DNA from: Nemertoderma westbladi | Taxonomy: Eukaryota; Animalia; Xenacoelomorpha | Length of the DNA: 39,370 bases | Direction: 5' to 3' | Assembly (NCBI GenBank): GCA_032718475.1 | Contig: JAUCBJ010002324.1 | Coordinates: 1 to 39,370, forward strand | Shown: positions 13,963 through 23,206 of the stretch, one piece after another | How positions within the stretch are numbered: the stretch's first letter is position 1 | How the letters are laid out: the number at the start of each line of letters is the position of its first letter | Made by a program: the position numbers and the translations under genes | Notes under the pieces: model-generated | The model's input: the letters and a program-made list of their open reading frames with translations, nothing else | Database searches by the model: none | What the model was told of the DNA's origin: nothing

Positions 13963-16900
13963 ATACCGAGCTATATGGAGCAATACCAAGCAATGCCGAG
14001 CTATACGGAGCAATACCGATCTATATGGAGCAATACTGATCTATATGGAGCAATACCGAGCTATACGGAGCAATACGGAGCTATACAGAGCAATACCGAG
14101 CTATACGGATTGAATACCAACCTATACCGAGCTATATGGAGCAATAACAAGCTATATGGAGCAATACCGAGCTATATGGAGCAATACTGAGCTATACGTA
14201 TCAATACTGAGCTATGTGGAGCAATACGGAGCAATACCAAGCTATACGGAGCAATACCGAGCTATACAGAGCAATACCGAGCTGTATGGAGCAATACTGA
14301 GCTGTACGGAGCAATACCGAGCTATTCCAACCTATACCGAACTATACAGAGAAATACCGAGCTATATGGAGCTATACCGAGTTATACGGAGTGAATACCG
14401 AGCTATACCGAGCTATACGGAGCAATACCAAGCTATACCAAGCTATATGGAGCAATACCGAGCTATACAGAGCAATACTGAGCTATACGGAGCAATACCA
14501 AGTTATACGGAGTGAATACCGAGCTATACCGGGATATACGGAGCAATACTGAGCTATACAGAGCAATACTGATCTATACGGAGCAATACCGAGCTATACA
14601 GAGCAATACTGAGCTATACCAACCTATACCGAGCTATACCAACCTATACTGACCTATACGGAGCAATACTGAGCTATACGGAGCAATACCAAGTTATATG
14701 GAGTGAATACAGAGCTATACCGAGCTATACGGAGCAATACCGAGCTATACGGAGCAATACCAAGTTATATGGAGTGAATACAGAGCTATACCGAGCTATA
14801 CGGAGCAATACCGAGCTATACCAAGCTATTTGGAGCAATACCGAGCTATACCAAGCTAAACTGAGCAATACTGAGCTATACGGCACAATACCGAATTATA
14901 CAAAGTGAATACCGAGCTATACAGAGCAATACCGAGCTATATGGAGCAATACCGAGCTATATGGAGTGAATACCGAGCTATATGGAATGAATAGCGAGCT
15001 ATACGGAGTGAATACCGAGCTATACTGTGCTATACGGAGCAATACCGAGCTATACAGAGTGAATAGCGAGCTATACCAAGCTATACGGAGCAATACCGAG
15101 CTATTCGGAGTGAATACAGAGTTATACCGAGCTATATGGAGCAATACTGGGCTATACGAGTGAATACAGAGCTATACCGAGCTATACGGAGCAATACCGA
15201 GCTATACCAAGCTATTTGGAGCAATACCGAGCTATACCAAGCTAAACTGAGCAATACCGAGCTATACTGCGCAATACCGAATTATACAAAGTGAATACCG
15301 AGCTATACAGAGCAATACCGAGCTATATGGAGCAATACCGAGCTATATGGAGTGAATACCGAGCTATATGGAATGAATAGCGAGCTATACGTAGTGAATA
15401 CCGAGCTATACTGTGCTATACGGAGCAATACCGAGCTATACAGAGTGAATAGCAAGCTATACCAAGCTATACGGAGCAATACCGAGCTATTCGGAGTGAA
15501 TACAGAGTTATACCGAGCTATATGGAGCAATACTGGGCTATACGAGTGAATACAGAGCTATACCGAGCTATACGGAGCAATACCGAGCTATACGGAGCTA
15601 TACCGAGTTTTACAGAACAATACCGAGTTATACGGAGCAATGCCGAGTTATATGGAGCAATACCGAGCTATACGGATCAATACCGTGTTATACAGAGTGA
15701 ATACCAACCTATACCGAGCTACACGGAGAAATACCAAGCTATATGGAGCAATACCGAGTTATATGGAGGAATACTGAGCTATACGGAGCAATACCGAGCT
15801 ATATGGAGCAATACCGAGCTATATAGAGCAACACTGAGCTATACTGAGCAATACGGAGCTATATGGAGCAATACGGAGCAATACCAAGCCATACAGAGCA
15901 ATACCGAGCTATGTGGAGCAATACTGAGCTATACCAACCTATACCGAGCTATACAGAGCTATACCGAGCTATACCAACCTATACTGACCTATACGGAGCA
16001 ATACCGAGTTATATGGAGTGAATACCGGGCTATACCGAGCTATATGGAGCAATACCAAGCAATGCCGAGCTATACGGAGCAATACCGATCTATATGGAGC
16101 AATACTGATCTATATGGAGCAATACCGAGCTATACGGAGCAATACGGAGCTATACAGAGCAATACCGAGCTATACGGATTGAATACCAACCTATACCGAG
16201 CTATATGGAGCAATAACAAGCTATATGGAGCAATACCGAGCTATATGGAGCAATACTGAGCTATACGTATCAATACTGAGCTATGTGGAGCAATACGGAG
16301 CAATACCAAGCTATACGGAGCAATACCGAGCTATACAGAGCAATACCGAGCTGTATGGAGCAATACTGAGCTGTACGGAGCAATACCGAGCTATTCCAAC
16401 CTATACCGAACTATACAGAGAAATACCGAGCTATATGGAGCTATACCGAGTTATACGGAGTGAATACCGAGCTATACCGAGCTATACGGAGCAATACCAA
16501 GCTATACCAAGCTATATGGAGCAATACCGAGCTATACAGAGCAATACTGAGCTATACGGAGCAATACCAAGTTATACGGAGTGAATACCGAGCTATACCG
16601 GGATATACGGAGCAATACTGAGCTATACAGAGCAATACTGATCTATACGGAGCAATACCGAGCTATACAGAGCAATACTGAGCTATACCAACCTATACCG
16701 AGCTATACCAACCTATACTGACCTATACGGAGCAATACTGAGCTATACGGAGCAATACCAAGTTATATGGAGTGAATACAGAGCTATACCGAGCTATACG
16801 GAGCAATACCGAGCTATACGGAGCAATACCAAGTTATATGGAGTGAATACAGAGCTATACCGAGCTATACGGAGCAATACCGAGCTATACCAAGCTATTT

Positions 16901-18112
16901 GGAGCAATACCGAGCTATACCAAGCTAAACTGAGCAATACTGAGCTATACGGCACAATACCGAATTATACAAAGTGAATACCGAGCTATACAGAGCAATA
17001 CCGAGCTATATGGAGCAATACCGAGCTATATGGAGTGAATACCGAGCTATATGGAATGAATAGCGAGCTATACGGAGTGAATACCGAGCTATACTGTGCT
17101 ATACGGAGCAATACCGAGCTATACAGAGTGAATAGCGAGCTATACCAAGCTATACGGAGCAATACCGAGCTATTCGGAGTGAATACAGAGTTATACCGAG
17201 CTATATGGAGCAATACTGGGCTATACGAGTGAATACAGAGCTATACCGAGCTATACGGAGCAATACCGAGCTATACCAAGCTATTTGGAGCAATACCGAG
17301 CTATACCAAGCTAAACTGAGCAATACCGAGCTATACTGCGCAATACCGAATTATACAAAGTGAATACCGAGCTATACAGAGCAATACCGAGCTATATGGA
17401 GCAATACCGAGCTATATGGAGTGAATACCGAGCTATATGGAATGAATAGCGAGCTATACGTAGTGAATACCGAGCTATACTGTGCTATACGGAGCAATAC
17501 CGAGCTATACAGAGTGAATAGCAAGCTATACCAAGCTATACGGAGCAATACCGAGCTATTCGGAGTGAATACAGAGTTATACCGAGCTATATGGAGCAAT
17601 ACTGGGCTATACGAGTGAATACAGAGCTATACCGAGCTATACGGAGCAATACCGAGCTATACGGAGCTATACCGAGTTTTACAGAACAATACCGAGTTAT
17701 ACGGAGCAATGCCGAGTTATATGGAGCAATACCGAGCTATACGGATCAATACCGTGTTATACAGAGTGAATACCAACCTATACCGAGCTACACGGAGAAA
17801 TACCAAGCTATATGGAGCAATACCGAGTTATATGGAGGAATACTGAGCTATACGGAGCAATACCGAGCTATATGGAGCAATACCGAGCTATATAGAGCAA
17901 CACTGAGCTATACTGAGCAATACGGAGCTATATGGAGCAATACGGAGCAATACCAAGCCATACAGAGCAATACCGAGCTATGTGGAGCAATACTGAGCTA
18001 TACCAACCTATACCGAGCTATACAGAGCTATACCGAGCTATACCAACCTATACTGACCTATACGGAGCAATACCGAGTTATATGGAGTGAATACCGGGCT
18101 ATACCGAGCTAT
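13963..18112. repeat. Near-identical 2069-bp tandem duplication within the satellite
   Basis: Constant offset of 2069 (14156/16225, 14917/16986, 15522/17591), with identical translations over the shared span. Confidence 0.85.
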
Positions 18113-19696
18113 ACGGAGCAATACCGAGCTATACCAAGCTATTTCAGCAATACCGAGCTATATGGAGCAATACCGAGCTATACGGAGCAATACCAAGTTA
18201 TTCAGAGTGAATACAGAGTTATACCGAGCTATACCGAGCTATACAGAGATATACTGCACTATACCAACCTATACCGACCTATATGGAGCAATACCGATCT
18301 CTATGGAGCAATACTGAGCTATGCGGATCAATACTGAGCTATACCAACCTTTACTGACCTATACGGAGTAATACCGAGCTATACGGAGCAATACCGAGTT
18401 ATATGGAGTGAATACTGAGCTATACCGAGCTATACGGAGCAATACTGAGCTATACCAAGCTATTAGGAGCAATACCAAGCTATATGGAGCAATACCGAAC
18501 TATATGGAGCAATACCAAGTTATTCAGAGTGAATACCGAGTTATACCAAACTATAGTGAGCTATACGGAGCTATACTGAACTATACCAACCTATACCGAC
18601 CTATATGGAGCAATACCGAGCTATACGGAGCAATACCAAGTTATACGGAGTGAATACCGAGCTATATCGAGCAATACCAAGCTATACCAAGCTAAACTGA
18701 GCAAAACCGAGCTATACAGAGGAATACCAAATTATACGGAGTGAATACTGAGCTATACGGAGCAATACCGAGCTATATGGAGCAATACCGAGCAATATGG
18801 AGTGAATACCGTGCTATACGGTGCAATACCAAGCTATACAGAGTGAATACCGTGCTATATAGAATGAATAGCGAGCTATACGGAGTGAATACCGAGCTAT
18901 ACTGTGCTATACGGAGCAATGCCGAGCTATACAGAGTGAATAGCGAGCTATACTGAGCTATACAGAGCAATACCGAGCTATACGGAGTGAATACAGAGCT
19001 ATACAGAGCTATATGGACCAATACCGAGCTATATGGAGCAATACCGAGCTATACAGAGTGAAAACAGAGCTATACCGAGCTATATGGAGCAATACCGAGC
19101 AATACTGAGCTATACGGAGCAATACCGAGCTATATGGAGCAATACTGAGCTATACGGAGCAATACCAAGTTTTATGGAGCAATACTGAGTTATATGGAGC
19201 AATACCGAGTTATACGAAGCAACACCGAGCTATACGGAGCAATACCGTGTTATACAGAGTGAATACCAACCTATACCGAGCTATACGGAGCAATACCGAG
19301 CTATATGGAGCAATACCGAGCTATATGGAGCAATACTGAGCTATACGGAGCAATACCGAGCTATACGGAGTAATACCGAGCTATACAGAGCAATACCGAG
19401 CTATATGGAGTGAATACCAACCTATACCGAGCTATACGGAGCAATACCAAGCTATATGGAGCAATACCGAGTTATATGGAGCAATACTGAGCTATGCGGA
19501 GCAATACCGAGCTATGTGGAGCAATACTGAGCTATATGGAGCAATACGGAGCAATACCAAGCTATACGTTCGCCGGGTACTGTGTTCCTTCCCTATTACT
19601 TTTAATTATTTATTGCATTGGATACTTTTTATATTGTTGTATTATTTAAAGTTTGATTTCTACACAGGTTTCCCACCTTTTGTTCGACCTGACCCG

Positions 19697-20741
19697 ATGG
19701 CCGGTGGATTTATTCTTCACCCCATTCTTTGTTTCGCCTGGCAACGTGTTGTAAAGGGTCGATATATGATGAAATTGTTGACACAATGGATGGCTGGGCC
19801 CCTTTTGTCACTGCAGATCTAGAGAATGCTCGGGCCACTCTACTAGATTTGATTTCTGATAGAGAAATCTCAAAATCGTTCTATACCAAATATTCTGGCA
19901 TTAACAAACGTCGCAAACTTATTGCTGACATAATGACCATTTTTGACTTATCTGTATTTAAGGATATCAGCCCTTCTCATAAGTTCGTGGTTGAAGACTT
20001 TACCTCCCTCCCACCCACTCTCCCCCCTTCATCAGTCCTTGCATCCTTGGTTCAGGACTTGGGGAACCTAAAGTATCGTGTTTCCTTGTTGGAGAGTAAG
20101 CCGATCCAGGATTCCTCGGGCCAACATCCGAATGCCGCTCGTGCTGTTCCCCCCAGAGGTTTGCCATCCATGTCTTTTGCATCTGCTACTGCCTCAGGCT
20201 CCATGGCTAGAGGAGGTGGTAAACACGTATCACGTCGTGGTCTTGCACGCAGCACAAGTGCATCTGGCGCGGACATTCTAGCTTCTCAACTTGTTGCTTC
20301 TGTTTCTCCTGTTGTCGATGTTGTTGTACCTTCATCGGCAGATGACATGACTTTAGTTGGTCCCAAAGGGCGCCCGGTTAGGTCTGGGGGGTTGTTAAGA
20401 AAGCTGCTGCCAATCCCTGTAGACACGGTAACCCGGTGGTTGATACAGGCTCTTCCCTTTCCCTGAAAAGTGTTCAACCTAAAGTAAAAATCGTTGTCAC
20501 TCGCCTCGATCCTGAAACCTCGGTTGATGATCTTGTTTCTCATAACAAGGTGAGCTTTGGAGTTGAAGTAACTGGAGATAAATTAGCAACCAGATTCAAT
20601 GATTACTCCTCTTTCAAATTGAAGTGCAGCAAAGACGTGGCTTCTACCTTGAAATCTGAAGATATTCTTTGTAACTGGCCGGTTGGAATTTTAGTCAAAG
20701 ATTGGTTTGAAGGCAGGCGGATCTCGTCTCCTCAGGCTTAA
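19697..20741 (+). pseudogene. LINE ORF1, frameshifted twice
   Basis: MAGGFILHPILCF..., then DEIVD...LIADIMTIFD...FVVEDFTSLPP, then an RRM-like C-terminus IVVTRLDPETS...YSSFKL...WPVGILVKDW typical of LINE ORF1. Confidence 0.75.
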
Positions 20742-20789
20742 ATATTTTCTATCTGTGCTATGTCTGCCCTTCTTTATTAATAATTAATC

Positions 20790-21321
20790 ATGGATATCAA
20801 AATTGGTATCTACAATTGCAACTCGGTACGCTCCCTCTCTAGCAAGTTTGTTGTTAGCAAGTTGGCTCTGGAGTGTGATATTATTCTGCTACAGGAAACA
20901 CTATTACCCAAGCAAAACCTAGATTTCCTCAACTCATTATCGACTGATTTCTTTAGCATGGGCTCCTCCCCCACTGACTTCGAAGCTGGGATTTTGATTG
21001 GCTGGCCTTGTGGTGCAAATTGATGGGCTCCAACTTTGTACTAGTCGATGAAAACTCGGACCCTCGTATTATGGTTCTCTCCATCTCCCCTCCATCTGGC
21101 CCTGACTTCATTATAGTAAATGTTTATCTGCCCTATGAATCCCCTGACAACCACGATGAGTACCTGGAATACTTGGGGACAATTGCTGCCATTTCTGAGA
21201 CTGTTTCCTCCAATCGGGTCTGCATTATTGGCGATTTTAATACAGACCCATCCCGGTCTTTTTACAAGGATCTTGTGAGTGTATGTGGTGATTCAGGCCT
21301 TTCTATTGTTGACATTGCATT
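20790..21321 (+). pseudogene. LINE ORF2, 5' part (APE endonuclease), cut by the BEL insertion
   Basis: Motifs IYNCNS, DIILLQET, VNVYLP and IIGDFN. The reading continues after 28733 (AF|LPSDTFSY...DH). Confidence 0.85.
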
Positions 21322-22807
21322 TGTTCGCGGTATTTCAACTTTTCCTAACGCGAGTTGAATATTTTTTGGATTTATTTAAAATGATTATTCCGATATCACT
21401 ACTGGGTGCGGAGACATGGGTTTTGGGCACACTCGATGGACTGGGGGCGATTTATGGGCGAATATTGGGGCAACTTACGGGGTACGGGACTCATTTCATG
21501 TATATAATTGCCAGGGGGGGAAGGAAAAGTTAAGCAGTATTCAGGTTTCCCTGATTACTATTAGGCCTAGCCAACTTCCTGCTGCCTGTAGAGGTGGATT
21601 TGGTAACTCGCTAGGTCTAAAGGACAAGGACTGCCCTTAGCAGTCCCTGGCCAACAGCAGTTATTACGAGCCTGAAAAGGACATCGGAAAGTCTGCTGCT
21701 TGTGTCAGGGATTTGCGACGGGAAGCGACGACAGACCCCTAGCCAAGCCATACTGGTTCTCGATGATCGATCCCTTCGGGGTTTGTTAGGGGTGGTACGG
21801 ACACGCGAACGGGTCGACCGACTAACAGAGGAAGAGTTCGACGAGGACTGCCTTCCTGGAGTGGGTTCCACGACCGGCGTTAGTACGAGCCTGAATAAGG
21901 ACTCGGAAAACCACCAACCGTTGGGGCTCACAACGGGCTGACAGACCCCTTAGCCAAGCCGTACTGGTTCTCGATGATCGATCCCTTCGGGGTTCGGGAG
22001 GGGTGGGACGGACACGCAATGGGGTCGAAAGACAAAGGACGGACTCTACTGGCCTACCGACTGTTCGGAGCAGTTTCTCGGCTGCCGAAGCGACTACGAG
22101 CCTGAATAAGGACTCGGAAAGCCTAGGTGGTTGGGTCTCTGCGATGAACCAACGGACCCCTAGCCAAGCCGTACTGGTTCTCGATGATCGATCCCTTCGG
22201 GGTTCGGGAGGGGTGGGACGGACACGCGAATGGGTCCACCGACATGACAGACCCCTAGCCAAGCTGTACTGGTTCCCGATGACCGATCCCTTCGGGGTTT
22301 GGGAGGGGTGGTACGGATACGCGACAGGGTCTACCGACTGGACCGACCCTTAGCCAAGCCGTACTGGCTCCTGATGACCGATCCCTTCGGGTTTCGGGAA
22401 GGGTGGTACGGACACGCAACAGGGTCGACCGACACCGACACTACGGCACCAAGACTAGGACCGAGGGAAAATCGGGGAACATTAGTTAGGCTAAAATCTG
22501 AGCGAACAGTGGGTAATTAAATAATATACTGTAGGGATTTATATTGTCGTGTTATATTATTGTGAATATTTGGTGTATATTGATTTGGGGAAGCCCAACT
22601 TATTCTCAATCAAGGTTCAACTGTAGGGAAGTTACATTAAAGAGTATATCCAACCAATGAAGCTTTTCCTCAAAACGCAATCTTGCATTTAAGAACGTAT
22701 TCCTTCTCCACAATCAATATCCGGTGACTGGCCGGGATTCCGTGGTCTGAAAAGTTCCGCCTCCAGCATCGGCGTTTTCCCCCATGGTGTCGGGAATAAC
22801 GGCAACA
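21322..22807 (+). repeat. 5' LTR (1486 bp)
   Basis: Starts TGTT and ends AACA. The last ~580 bp match 28149-28728 at roughly 97-98%. TATATAAT at 21501, CAGTATTC initiator-like site at 21535, ATTAAA at 22636-22641. Confidence 0.9.
21734..22427 (+). other. Five tandem structured-RNA modules (kink-turn hairpin capped by C(UUCG)G) in the LTR
   Basis: Copies at 21734-21815, 21944-22026, 22154-22237, 22249-22332 and 22344-22427. Consensus GACCC..CCGTAC..CCC-GAT-GA-CCGATCCC-TTCG-GGGTTCGG-GA-GGGG..GTACGG..GGGTC. Confidence 0.7.
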
Positions 22808-22809
22808 AA

Positions 22810-22821
22810 ATTGAGAATAAG
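22810..22821 (+). promoter_or_regulatory. Putative self-priming primer-binding site
   Basis: ATTGAGAATAAG lies 2 nt after the LTR end and is the exact reverse complement of CTTATTCTCAAT at 22599-22610 (also 28521-28532). No TGG tRNA-type PBS at this position. Confidence 0.7.
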
Positions 22822-23014
22822 ATGTGGCCAACTTCAACTGGTGGAAGTTGGGAATCCTACAATACTCTTCAAACTCTCTCCGTGCTTAGCCAGCACCCAC
22901 TACGAGGAAACTCTGGTATTTGAGTTAAGACAAAGCCGTGGTTTAATCAATCGACAAACTCGATCTAATAAACTCGTAGTCGGCAGATCACATATAGAGA
23001 GTCGTTAACAGGGA

Positions 23015-23206
23015 ATGGAAGTATCGATCACACCCATTGACATAATTCAAGTTGAGCCAGGAATCTGGCACGTCGAGGTTGAAGTACAAGGAACGAACGT
23101 CGGACGATTCAGGATTACCGTTCGGGTAGTCCAAGCAGAGTACGAGAGCTACGAAGAACTATTTTACGACATCACATATCTAGCTATCAACGAGGCGCTA
23201 GAATGA
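23015..23206 (+). CDS. 63-aa upstream ORF of the BEL element, unknown function
   Basis: Good start context (GGAATGG), protein-like alternating hydrophobic pattern, and a stop that overlaps the gag ATG as ATGA at 23203-23206. Confidence 0.5.
   Translation: MEVSITPIDIIQVEPGIWHVEVEVQGTNVGRFRITVRVVQAEYESYEELFYDITYLAINEALE

Larger units (their letters stand above)
6411..15008. repeat. Tandem duplication of a satellite block plus solo LTR (copy 1 ~6411-10560, copy 2 ~10561-15008)
   Basis: The solo LTR and rare monomer variants recur at offset ~4446-4447 (ORF track 7879/12325, 8549/12995, 9710/14156). Copy 2 has an extra ~293-bp internal duplication. Confidence 0.85.
5081..19567. repeat. Satellite array, left arm: 10-bp monomer (20-bp dimer ATACCGAGCT-ATACGGAGCA) with interspersed 11-bp ATAC(G/A)GAGTGA variants
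   Basis: Directly visible tandem repeat. Interrupted only by two solo-LTR copies. Confidence 0.97.

Noticed and set aside
5047-19560. Dozens of YRAIRSNTEL/AIPSYTEQ ORFs (also at 33102-35573)
   Set aside because: They are translations of a stop-poor 10-bp repeat in all frames, with constant frame switching and no gene structure.
22371-22400. Hammerhead ribozyme (CTGATGA-stem-GAA)
   Set aside because: The required GAAA is GAAG, stems I and III with an NUH site are not evident, and other copies read CCGATGA or TCGATGA. The k-turn model fits the copies better.
21734-22427. CRISPR-like repeat-spacer array
   Set aside because: The repeats are ~80 bp, lie inside a eukaryotic LTR, have spacers related to each other, and there are no cas genes.
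21279-22520. ORFs within the BEL LTR, including a possible env or accessory gene
   Set aside because: They are short, follow the GC-rich repeats in several frames, and show no recognisable motifs.
22825-22856. tRNA-type PBS at TGGCCAAC or TGGTGGAAGTTGGGAAT
   Set aside because: These start about 18-32 nt from the LTR end, I recognise no tRNA 3' match, and they form a local hairpin. A host tRNA search is still needed to exclude them fully.
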